From contig OX638156.1 of NCBI GenBank assembly GCA_951804945.1, forward strand, positions 50,778,001 through 50,842,000: DNA of 64,000 nt, written 5' to 3'. The position numbers and the translations under genes were made by a program. The notes beneath the pieces are model-generated. The model ran no database searches. It saw nothing but the letters and a program-made list of their open reading frames with translations, and was not told the origin of the DNA. Origin of the DNA: Podarcis cretensis (lineage: Eukaryota). Of this stretch, positions 36,017 to 48,697 are shown in pieces. Numbering within the stretch: the stretch's first letter is position 1; the number at the start of each line of letters is the position of its first letter.

Positions 36017-37921
36017 TCAGACAGATAAAGTCATAGGCCCTATTAGGACAGGCAGACTACTTTGCCCACCTGTGATGGTCTGTGGGCTGGGGACTCAGGA
36101 GTGCCTGCACAGCAAACCTGAGCGCAAAATCAAAGCCCACCACACCAGAACAGTCAAGAGAATAGGAGGTTGATCTTTCCAGCCCTACCTAAAGACTGAA
36201 CCTGGGACCTTCTGGATGCAAAGCAGATGCTCTGCCATTGAGCGACAGCCTTTGCTCTAAAACCCATTGTGAAATGCTGCGCTAAGGAAACTTAAGTGAG
36301 AGAGGAAGAAGTTTTCTTCCCCATCTTGGTGGGAAGGGTCAGTATTGCAAACTCCTGAGCAAAGGCAGCTACTCCTGCCTTGGAGCTTATTCACATTCGT
36401 GGCATGGAAGCTGCCACCCAGCTTGTGGTGAGTGGGCAGAACTCCTGTTTCCTGGCCTCCAAGGAGGTCCCTGCTGCTGGTTCTGAAACTGGCAGAGAAG
36501 CCTCTGCCCTGCACAGAGTTCCCCACTGTAGCCTCCTTCCTTCAGCTCAAGGGCAGCATTTTCCCCTCCCCCTCTGCAGCAGCTCCTGCTGAATCAGCTG
36601 GCACCTGGCCCGCTGCAGAGCCAGAAGCATCCTTCTCTCTCTCCCTCTTCACACATGGAAAAGTGCGGCTTGAAATCTGCACCAAGCCACCCACCTCCTC
36701 CCAGTGTGCTGCTGTAGATGCACGGGAGCTATAGCAATAGGCAGCAGCAGAGCTGTCATGCACAGCTCCTGACACCAAGAGGGCATTCACACCTCCTGCT
36801 ATTCCAGCTTCAGCACTGCAGGAAGGAGGAGGGGAAGCAGCTGCTTTGCATGCAAAAGGCGCCTTGTTCAATCCTGCCAGGTGACACCTCTCCAATTAAA
36901 ATAATCTCACATATGTAGCAGGTGATGAGCAAGCTTTCTCTTTTTGCTCAATACCCTGGAGAGCCTGCTGCTGCACAGAGCAGACACTGCTGAGCTAGAC
37001 AGGCAAAGGGTCTGACCTGCTACATAAGGCTGCTTGCAATGCGCCCAGCAGGATTCTTTCAAACCTTTGTGGGAATGAAGCTTATGATCATTTTACCTAG
37101 ATACCCCGTAATGTGCTTTTTTAATGAATAAAAAAACCAGCCTATTTTACTCATAGCTATTGAGGACAAAGGTTGTGTACGCACCATGTTTTTAAGGCAC
37201 ATTAAAAGCACACAGACCCACACACCTCAAATAAACTTGGGGACTGGTTTGTTAAGGGTTGCTGGGATTTGTAATACTGTGAGGGGTCAATAATAGTGCC
37301 CAGAATTCTTTGAGGGAAAGAAGGTGATTTGAATGTGCTTCAAAGGTATAGTGTGAACACAGTGGTCCAATTATGGACTTCTTTTCCACCCCATAGCCCT
37401 TTTCACATATACGTATGGGTGGCTTGCAGTTTCTCACCTGTGGTAGCAATTAGGATGTCATTCTGTTTTAACTAAACACCAAACAAAAGGCTGCAATATG
37501 TAGTGTGTGCCTCTGCAGATTAGTTAATGCTGGACAGAGCTTCCATCAGGTTTCTCAACCCAGCAGGAGGGTCAGGGTCAGGTGACCCTGAAATGGCACA
37601 CAACATGTCTCTGAACTTATTATCCTTGGAGGTAGCCCCCAAAAGCATTACTGTGCAGAATCCAGAGAACTGATCCCTCCTGCCTATGAATACCAAGATG
37701 TACCTGCCTGGTGGGCACGTATTTCCATGGCACCCATCTCCATAGCACCGAAGTGCATCATTGGACGCAAGAGCATTCACAGCCCTGCTCCAGCTAGTTG
37801 TTGGAGAAGTGGCAGAGGGCAAATGGAAAACACAGACTTCTTGGCTGTTAAGAGTCCATTCAGCAACCTTCCAGGCAGCAAAAGGCACACCCTAGCTTCC
37901 AGTAAGACTTACTTACTAAGT

Positions 37922-38173
37922 CAGGGGTAGGCAACCTAAGGTCCGTGGGCCAGATGCGGCCCAATCGCCTTCTCAATCCGGCCTGTGGACAGTCCGGGAA
38001 TCAGCGTGTTTTTACATGAGAAGAATGTGTCTTTTTATTTAAAATGCATTTCTGGATTATTTGTGGGGCATAGGAATTCGTTCACCCCCCCATCACCCAA
38101 ATATAGTCCAGCCCACCACATGGTCTGAGGGACGGTGGACTGGCCCATGGCGGAAGAAGGTTGCTGACCCCTG
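37922..38173. mobile_element. hAT (Charlie-like) MITE
   Basis: TIRs CAGGGGTAGGCAACCT / AGGTTGCTGACCCCTG; flanks TACTAAGT / TACTAGAT. Confidence 0.8.
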
Positions 38174-38221
38174 TACTAGATACTTAGCATTGTGCTTGGC
38201 CTGTGGCTCTCATCTCTGCAA

Positions 38222-38640
38222 AGGAAGCTGCCTTTTACCAAGTCAGATCATTGGGTCCATCTGGCTCAGTCCTATCTGCAGTGAATAGCAGAGGCTCTCT
38301 AGGTTTCAGACAGGGATATTCCCAGCCCTGGCTAGAGACCCCAGGGGTTGAATTTGGAGCCCTTCTGCATGCAAAGCAGATGCTCTACCACTGAGCTACG
38401 GAGGAGGAGAAAATACAGATACAAAAACCCAGGAGAGGTTGGGGAGACTGAGGTAGGGTTGTGACTCATTGATAGAGCATTGGCTTTGCAGGCAGAAGGT
38501 CCCTGGTTCAGTTCCTGGCGTCTCTTAGTAGGGCTGGGGACGTCTCCTGTCTAAAACCCTGCAGAGGTGATGCCAGTCAGAACAGACAATGTTGAGCTAG
38601 ATGGGCCAATAGCCTGACTCGGTATGAGGCAGGTGTTCCG
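38222..38640. mobile_element. Inverted pair of Squam3-like SINEs (38222-38401 minus, 38455-38640 plus)
   Basis: Two copies in opposite orientation ~55 bp apart. Confidence 0.75.
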
Positions 38641-39165
38641 CAGCTTGACACAGAAATGCATGGTTGTGGGTGTTCTGTCCCTGGAGCACCCAGTTGTGGC
38701 TGATGGACTTAACCTTGAAAGACACCAGTCAAATTGCCCATGTTTAATGGAAGATACCCAATTATCAAACAGCACAGGACAGTGGAGAGTGTTTTAGTGG
38801 GCAGAAGGTGAAAGGCACTGGAAAGCGTTACGCTGTCTGAAAAAAAGAATGTGAGAATGCCCTACAGTGGCCTTCCCCAACACAGTGCCCTCCAGATGCT
38901 TTGAACTGCAACACTCATCTGTCCCAGTATCACATGCCTGGGGCTAATGGGAGTCTAAAACATCTACCTGGAGTGCACTAGGCAGAGGGAGTATGTCGAA
39001 GGGGCTCTCAGAAGCCAAAGAGGCAAAAGGAATTCATAGCATGGGGGGTATATACCAGCACTAATCAGGCCACAGGTTTCCATTTGGGAGGAAGTTATAT
39101 AAGCCTCCCCTTCCAAGCATGCCACCCCAGTAGCCTGCCATGTTCCAGTAGCAACAAAAGCTTTA

Positions 39166-39381
<216 letters not shown>

Positions 39382-40711
39382 TTAAGTCACTCACCTTTTG
39401 CAGAACAGAGCTCTGTACTATGGAGAAGAAGTACACAAAGAGATAGAGAATGTATTAAACTTATCACCCATGAAAAATACATAAAAGTCTTGTTAAGCAA
39501 GAGCTTTGGCTGGGTGGGGGCCAGCACTGTTGATATCTCTTGGGGAAAAGCAGCCTGCTCCATGGAGGACACAACGAGATGGGCAAAGATAAGGAGCCAA
39601 GGACAAATGGAGATCCCAGGCTTTTGGTGTGTTGCCACCTCCCTTCCATCAGCAATGATTTTCCGACTCACGTGTAAACCACCAGACAGTGCAGGTGGTT
39701 GGCAGAGGATAGCTCTGCTGGAGGTGGCAGCGTCACACAGCCTGGACAATAAAGCTGTGGTGGTTTAAATTGAAAACTTATCTATCACATGGCAATGAGC
39801 TGCAGCTCCAATCTAGAAGTCACCTTGGTCAGCGGTGCTCTGCTATCGACCAGTCAAGATCACACGCTTTGGTGAGTGTTCACAGCTGACCAGGCGCCTG
39901 GCCCATCTGAACAACCCCCCCTTCTTATGCAACCATCCACTGGCCTGTGGCTCAGAGCAGCAGCTGTCAGCATGTGTGCCCATGGGCATCTACAATGTGA
40001 CGCCAGTTTTCCTGGACTCACCTCTGACCTCTGATCTGTGGGCAGCCCAGCCTCTTGTGGCTTCTGTGCAGGAGGATCCCCAGCCAGTCCTAGCTAATGA
40101 CCTAGTGATTTTTGTTGCACCTTTTGAGCAGGTTCCCAGGATGGCTGGTCAGGCAGCCACCTGTTAGGAAAGGTGATGCTTCTTACTGCCCCAAATTCCT
40201 CTTCTCTGCCCAGAAGAGGAATCCTGAAGTCAATTCTTGCTGACTTGGGAGCAGATTTTTCTCTTACTGAGAGAGAGAGAGAGAAAGAGTAAGAGTGTCT
40301 GGGACTTTGCAGCGCTGCTCACCCTGACCCAACAAGCAGCACTCCTAGCAGATACATGAACAGCTGCTGGTGCAAAAAGCTCATTCTTTTCAGGAGGAGT
40401 GATGTGAACTTTGACCCGGAAGGATGTTTTCAATTCTGCTCTCACTACTGCTTGCCCTTACTTCCCCATCTATAAAATGGGAGGAAGGACACTTCCAAAA
40501 TGACTCTGGTCACAGGGGCTGAAAGGCTCCGGTCCAGCCCTCTTAATCTTTGCAGTCAGTTCTGGACCACAATGCTGCAAAAGTCCCTGGGATTTTGTAG
40601 TGAGTAGTGAGTAGGGCTGTGGGTGTGGAAGTAGCCGTATTCCTGTGCCTCAAAATGGTTGCTGTTAAGATGCCCAAACTCAGAACCATGAAGAACCAAC
40701 CCATGTAAAAT

Positions 40712-41192
40712 GGATCTAGGGGTCTTGGTAGACCACAGGCTTAATGTAAGTCAACAATGTGAAAAAGGTATCACAGTTTTAGAAGGATATTGGCAAGTTT
40801 GAATGTGTGCAAAGGAGAACAACCAAAATGATAAAAGTACTGGAAACCAAGTCTTATGAGGAACACTTGAGGGAGCTGGGTATGTTTAGCCTAGAAAAGA
40901 GAAGCCATTTTTAAATATCTGAAGGGGTGTCACATGGAGGATGGAGCAAACTTGTTTTCTGCTGCTCCAGAGGATGGGACCTGAACCAATGGATTCAAAT
41001 TACAAGAAAGGACAGCAAGAGCTATTCAACAGTAGAATGAATTACCTCAGAAGGAGGTGGACTTTCCTTCACTGGAGGTTTTAAAACACGTCAGGCAGCT
41101 GTGATTCCTGCATTGCAGGTGGTTGAACTAGTTGACCCTTGGGGTGGATCCCTTCCAATTCTACAATTCTATGATTCTAGATTCTATGATTC
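40712..41192 (+). mobile_element. CR1 LINE 3' fragment (degenerate ORF2 end plus 3'UTR)
   Basis: DLGVLVD-type and [16 protein letters not shown] coding remnants; ATTCTATG repeats at the end. Confidence 0.85.
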
Positions 41193-44100
41193 GCATGCAA
41201 CAGAATAGAATGTGGCTGTCATGTCAGTCCCAAGGGGGTCAGGCAGAAGGTAACATCATGCCTTTTACTAACGACACCAATTTAATGCCAGTCTAAGAGT
41301 ACGCCAGCTTTCTTTCAAGTTTCACAAAATTATTCATCAGAGAATGGAGAGGAAGCAAATATACACAACCTGGATTTCTGTTTGCCCATTCAGAGGCCAC
41401 AGCAGACCAAGTGCATTAGAAACAGCAAAGCGTGTGAAAACTAGAGTGAGCAATCCGATGGCGCTCCTTAACCCATGACACAGAACAGCAAAGGGCAACA
41501 AATCTAAAAGGAAGAGCCAGAAGACTTTTGCTCTGTGGCAACTGCTCCCCCACCTGCTGCCGCTGTGACTAAGTAGAACCAGTGGGGTGTGCAAACTTGC
41601 TGCTGCAGAAATAATGGGTGGGTGGGGGGAGCACAATGAGGCAGGACTGAATGTGGGTTTATTCAAGCACTCAGACAAGAACAAGAGTTACATGACAGGC
41701 CACTTCTGCACTGGATACACCCTGGCGCTTCCTGCCACACTGTCAGGCAGGCACAGGATGAAAGGGTAATCCCTTAATTTTCATTAGCAGCCTCTCTGGT
41801 TCCCCCTGAATTCCAAAGCATACAAATCCCCCCCCCCCCCCCCCGGTCTTTGTCTCACCTGCATGTCAATGGGACAAAAGGCATACACATATGCATCTGC
41901 CCTGAAGGGGCTTCAGCCATGGAGGAGGAGTGGGGGAGGGATGCCAGCTGAGGGTACCTCTGCTGCTGCACAGTTACAACCTTTGCTCTGTTTTCTCAAC
42001 TCTTAAGCTAAGAACCAACCTCAAATTCTGTATCTTGAACAACTTGTGCACAGTAAGCAGAATCTTGTAAATATCTTTATTCCACAAAAATCAATTTTGG
42101 CTCTGTGACCAGCACAAGCCCAGCTTTGGTCTCAGGTACCAGCTGCCTCTGCACACACATTTTCAAGCTGTAAAGTCTATAGTGGTAGTACTTGGGGTGA
42201 GATGGGGAGCTGTCTACTCTGCTGAAGGAAATTAGCTTGCATCCCTCGTAACTGTTAACCCCCCCTTGGTGGGATGCAAGGCCTGCAGTGCACCAACCCA
42301 CCCAGGGTGTCAGAAGCATCTCCCTCCCAGGCACCCCTAGACAGCTGAGGAGGAGGAGGAGGAGGTCTAATTATTATGACTCTTGCCTACAAAAGCAGCA
42401 CTTTGCCTGGGTCAGGAGCTGAATGAACAAAGCAGGTTCCCTCCCAGCCCCCTCCCCCATGCAGTGAATGATCCCTGAATAAGAAGAGGAAGTGTCTCAG
42501 CTGACATCCTGGGGGAAGGTTTAATGTGTTTAAACTCAATTGATAATGCAAATCCTTCAGCAATGCCTGGAAGGGGGAGAGGAGAAGCACCTCTTTCCTC
42601 CCCACCCCAAGAGAAGAAAAATGAGACTACACAGGCACATATAAGCCACAGTTCTAGCTGCTTCCCCCCTCCAACTCCTGAAGTTACACACAACAGGGGT
42701 CAGGTTGCACAGATTCCCTTTCCTTCCTTAACCGTTCCAGCCAGCTGACAGATCTCAACTTGTCTTCAGCTTTCTGCTGCCTGAAGAAAATCTGCTTTCT
42801 AATGAGGGCTGACATGAAAGCAGCAGAACTGTTGCAAACCAGCCGCTCCCTCCTGGGATGCAGGCGGTCTGCTTGCGCAAGGAGTTGTCCCTTTGCAAAA
42901 GGCATCCCAGAGCTTAGGGCATTTGCTGCAGTCAAGACCTGCAGGGCAGGGTTCGCCTAGGCACCCCACCTCCCATCCTCCGGTCCTCCTTCTTCCCAGA
43001 GCATCACTGGAGTCCTTCTCCTCAGCAACAGATGCATCTGTGCCATGATGGAGCAGATGGGTCAAAATTAGGCCCCTTTTGCTTCCAGCAGTAAGTCATA
43101 GTTTTGTAGTGGTGCAACTCTCGCTATTACACTGCCACAAAGGCAGAATAACCAACATTACTTTGGAAAGGTTTTCCTCCACACCAGAGATACCAATATC
43201 CAGAGGTGCAGAAGGGTTTTTGCCACAGCCAGCACTCCCTGCAGCCGTTTGGAGCAGAGACAACCCCAAAGCAAAGCAAATCCCAGAAAAGATTAGCAGC
43301 AGGGGGTGGGGAAGGAAATCCAGTGATTTTTAAGAATAGCGAGCACAGTCTTAAATAGTGCTGTAGTGTTGAAAAATGTGAAGACGTACAAAACACTTTG
43401 GTTTAATTTGGTCTATAAATAGACAGACTAGTTGGTGCATGCCAAATAGGGGGCTGTGCTGACAGCGGTGCAAGAACCAGGGTGGGTAGGAGTGGCACAG
43501 GCCGGGAGTGAAGTATGACACCTCAGCAGCCTCAAGAGACCCTCATTCAGATCAACAGCCCCACACCCATAATGTATGACCAAGCAGTGGGAGAAGCCAC
43601 AACACACACAGCCTCATAGCTGCAGTCCCCAGGGGTGTTGGGGTGTGTGTGTGTTTGTGTGTCAAAGCCCAGGGCTGTTGTCGGGGCCAGGGGGCTTGAG
43701 CTCCAAGTCTTTTCCCCTGGGTTGGATATCTCCTGTACCTTCTCCCCTTTATTTCTTTAAATTACTCCCCCTCTGAAACTTAGCCTCAGTTTGCATTAGC
43801 ACATGCAGATTTGTATCATGGGCCTGGGGCCTCAAAATCCTTTTAAGTCAATCACTGAGCACCTAAGTGGCCAAAGTGCTTCCATTCATTAAAAAAAAAA
43901 CCCAAAAAACTTCTAGAAGATTAACAATAAAAAGCAATGGGAATAGGGCAGAAAGATAAGAAAATTGTGACTTGAAAAGCCTTCCTGATGTTTAGCTGAC
44001 TAGGAAGGACAGGGACCACCCCCCTTCCCCCAAAAAGCACTCTTGCTGGGGGCAGGGAAAGCAGGATCGAGCAGCACCTTGAAAAGAAAAAGAAAGAAAA

Positions 44101-46442
44101 GAAAAGAGAGGAGGGTAAAGCCCTGACACACAGGGGAGCAATTATGCTATTATCTTTAAAGAAAGGGCCCTTTGCCAGCAGCAACTCATCAGTGAGCCAA
44201 GAGAATTTTCCAGCCGATGAGGTGTCTGAGTGCACCTTCTTTCTACCTGCAAGAAGAAAACGCAGCTGCACAGACCAGGCACAGCAGTGGGGAGCGGGGA
44301 GTAGAGGGTGCGCCAATCACTGCCAAAAGGGCAACATAGCACCAAAAGGGCCACATGCTCTACCTTCAATTGGAGGTAGTATATGTTTCTGGAGGACCTA
44401 ACCAGAAGCCCAGTAGTGAAGGTGGTTGTGTTGCCATGGAGAAGCTCCCCTCCTCATCCCTGAAGGGCAGCAAAACCAGAGAGAGGAAGGGGGCAAACAG
44501 GTGGGTAGATTCATTCAGGAGATCTGAGCTGGTACCAGCTGTGCTCTGTTTGAAGGCAGTTTTGCAAGAATCCAATGCTACGTATGCTTGTGTGACAGGG
44601 TTGCTTGTTTGCCAGGTATCGTTGAACCTGCTCATAAAATCACAGACCTGCTGAGGAAAACAAAACTCTGGCATTGCTTTTGCACATGTGTGAACTTCAA
44701 GGTGTTACTTCAAAGAGCCATTGGGCTGTATCCAACTAAGTTATCCTTGGACTAGATAAGATTAATGGGCCTAACTTAGCCATGCTCATTCCTTTCAAGG
44801 GGTCTGCTCCAAGGAATGCTGGGCACAATTCATTGTGCTGAATGCCAACAGTTATGTTGGAACAAGGCCTATAACCAGGTGGTTAATTGCCAAATTTCAC
44901 AGCCTGGAGCCTTGTCTCTTCAGAGGCCCCATTCTTTGCCCAGAAATGCTAAAGTCTCTTAGAATATGATTTATGCTTGGAGTGGGCAACCAGTCACTCA
45001 GAAGAAGCACACAATATTCCGATTTGGTCTGAGTGAAAGGGCAGTCAAGGTAGATGCAGCTTAGCCCACAAACAGGAGTTTTCAATCTGGGGGTGCCATG
45101 TTGTACTTTGGAAGCTTATCAGAAGATCAGTATTAATGGCAGAGAGGCTTCCTCACCACCACAACCACCCCTTTCTTGCAATGCATGATCAGATGGAAGT
45201 GTCAGGAGTGTTCTAGGTCACCTGTTCAGTACATAATGGTCAACAGCATGGCCCTGGTGCCTGAGTGTGCACATGTCCCAGGATCCTTTACATCATGCAG
45301 GGCTTCTCAAGCAGACAAGCTGATGTCAAATAGGCCAGTTCCCTCAATGCAAAAAGCGTGAAAATCAGAAGAGGTCCTCACACACTGAACATCTGTTTGA
45401 GAAAATATTTATTTAGCTGCCGCAGAAGCCAAACCAAGGAGGAAACCCTGTAATCCCCCCTCTCTTTTATCAAACTAAAAGATTTAAAAGCCAGTCTTTT
45501 AGCCATTTTCTGCTTCAGACAAACAGGTGGGATGCACAGATGGAGAAACATCTGGGCCAGATGGTAATTTAATGAGTTAGGCTCAACATATATAAAGCAC
45601 AATAAGGCTAAATTGGCCAAGCAGGATTTGCAGCACAGAGTGCAGGGAGCAATCTGTTCGCTGGCAACAGCAGTGGACAAAAGACTTGAGATGGCTGTGG
45701 TGGCACCATCAAGACTGGCTCGTGCACCCTGCTAAGCTGGCACCTGTCCCCCTAGACCCCAGTTGTGTAGAGGAGCTTGGATGCCACCAAAAAGCAATCA
45801 CTTTAACAAACAAAAACCTTTAAAGAAAGGCCTAAGTTCCAGAGAACTCAGTCACTGTCATGCCCAGACAAGTCACAGAGCTCCAGTCTTAGGGAAACAG
45901 CAGGCAATGCAGCCAAGTTTTATAATGGTGCCTTGTAACATGCAGGAAACTGGTGGGCAATTCCTGAACTTCCATTTATGGGGAAATGAAGCAAGGAGAA
46001 AATTAATAGTGCCGTTAAATAGCATGCACAGATTCTAATACAACTTGAGGCCTAGAAAAAGGAGGTGACTCATTCCCTTAGACATGCCTAATTTTCCTTT
46101 GTAAGGGCAGGGCATGCTGTGTTACTCCAATCTGTGCCAGAGGACGTGACTCCAAAGCCAGGGGAGGTTGACCTGGGTGGGTCCCAACAGTAGCTTCCCC
46201 TGCTGTCAGTTTGGTGCTTAGGCACCTGAAGGCAAAGATGCTGCTATGGAAGAAGGAGCAGGGATCTCTTCTAGCACGGCTCTGTCCAGGTGGAATGTTC
46301 TGCCCACACACTGAACAGCAAAGCTAGAGGCATCTGTAGATTGTGAAGGCTGGGTACCAAGCTGCCAAGGAACATCAATGCTGTTTGGCACTCTGCACTT
46401 AGTACAACCAGTTGTGGGTTTTATATCAGTAAATGAGCATTA

Positions 46443-46730
<288 letters not shown>

Positions 46731-48650
46731 TCAGGAGAAAGATGTTAAGCGATTAAGTTAACTTTATGAGAATATAGGTTTTGGAAAAGCGTTAAAATGA
46801 TATACACTGAAATTCAACCAAGGGGACATGAGGAAGTCGCTTAACAATGTTAATAAGATTAATCTTAATAAGGTTAGGATTTTTGTTTGTTTGTTTGTTT
46901 GTTTGTTTATTTGTTGGTGTGTTTAAAAATTTGTGGAAAACCAATAAAATTTATTTTTTTTGGGGGGGGGGGACACCGGAAGATCAGGAGAAAGAGAAGC
47001 ACCAGGGAGTGACATAGAAGGCAGGCATTGGCAACTGTGTGGACCGATGTCCAAGACGCTAGTGGGGATACTTTGAAATGATGGCTTTTTGAGCCCTTTC
47101 CCAGCTCTCCAATTCCAAATCCAGAGGGGATAGCAGAGAAAGAACTGCCTCAAAAGAAAGGAGGAGAGGTTGACAATGAGATTCACACAGAGGACTTGGA
47201 AGGATTGAGCAATATGCCTAAGAAAGGTAGAATAGTTTTAAGTGATCTTTTATTGCCCACCTGGATAATTATTCAGATTTTATTTTTTGCCCTTGTCCAA
47301 AGGGTGTTTATAAAAGCCTTATTGCCACATTGCCTTATCCTGGGAGTGGAGATTCCCTAGATGTTGTTGATCTCCCATCAGTCCCAGCCAGCATGATTAG
47401 CAGGGATGGGAGCTATAGTCCAGAAACAATGGAAAAACCCTCAATTCTTCAGCCCTGTTGGCAGTGTGGGAGCTTTGCCAGTTTAATACAGCTCTCTTGC
47501 AAGGCAAAACAAACCAGAACAAGCCTCAAAAAGGGAATTCCCAACACGTGGGAAAGAATTGCCTCTGAAGCAGTATTGACCTACAGGAAACTAGAAACCC
47601 CTGGCTTGGCAAAGCACCACACGCCTTTGCTAACCTGGTGCCTTCCCTGGCTGAAGCTGATGAGAGTTGTAATCTAAAATATATGTAGGGCACCAGGTTG
47701 TCATAGGCAGCAACAAAAGGTGCCAACTTAACCAGCTTCAACTCTGTCCTGATGGTGGCTGTGCCAAAAAGACCACATTCCCAAAGAGGTAGCTGCATTC
47801 ATGTGCAGCAACAAAGTGGCAAAGTTCTGGATGTCCTCAGAGATGAGCTGGCAAAGACCGGCTTCATCAGATGCCATCCACAAATCACAATAGCAGAAAG
47901 GTGCTACTTACAAAGGTTCATGTCATGTGAGTCACTGCCCCTGGAAGAGGCAAAGGCAGCACCAGGGAATCAAGCCTAACTCTGGCCCATTAAAGAGAAC
48001 TAGAATCAAGGTCTCCCTTCTGAATGTGCTCCTAGAAGTGTTGTGTGTCCTACAGCCTTGCTCCAAGAAGTCATGGCAGCATTCTACAGTCAAGCCAGAG
48101 TAAACAGTGGGGAGGAAGCATGCTTCACTTAACTGCAAGTTCCACCACAGAACCATCAGAGCTGTGAAAACAGCCCAGGTCCTACTGGGCCATGCCCAAC
48201 ACCTTTAGTTCAATAGCTGTTTGATTTGGCCTTGAAGGCCCAGGTTACGACCTCAACCCTTTGAGATGATGCGGATGCAGCTGTCTTTCACATCCCTTTG
48301 ATCTCCAGTTCCAGATCAGACATGCCTCTGGGCACAGGAAGAAAAAATGGAGGAGGAGGGAGGAAAATGCCCTGGGGATTAGAAGCAGCAGGTTGTTGGG
48401 AAAATAGGTATTATGGGATTGTTACATCTGCTAAGGGCATTGTCAGCTGGTGGCAGAGTGGGATGACTAGGCTCCATTTGGGAACTCAAGCACCTGTTGC
48501 TGTGCTTGACAGAGAGCCAAGGCTTCCTATCCCCATGCTAGGTGGCCTGCCTCTCAGCCTAACCTACCTCATAGGGTGGTTGTGTGGATTAACTGAGGAG
48601 AACCATGTACACCACATAGAGCTCCTTGGTGAAAATGTGGGTTATAAATG

Positions 48651-48653
48651 CAA

Positions 48654-48696
<43 letters not shown>

Positions 48697-48697
48697 A
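48651..48697. repeat. (TAAA)n tail of a MIR/L2-type SINE
   Basis: Read directly from sequence. Confidence 0.85.

Noticed and set aside
48190-48330. Possible extra TANGO6 exon
   Set aside because: The flanking exons already join in frame, and this sequence has no TANGO6-like translation.
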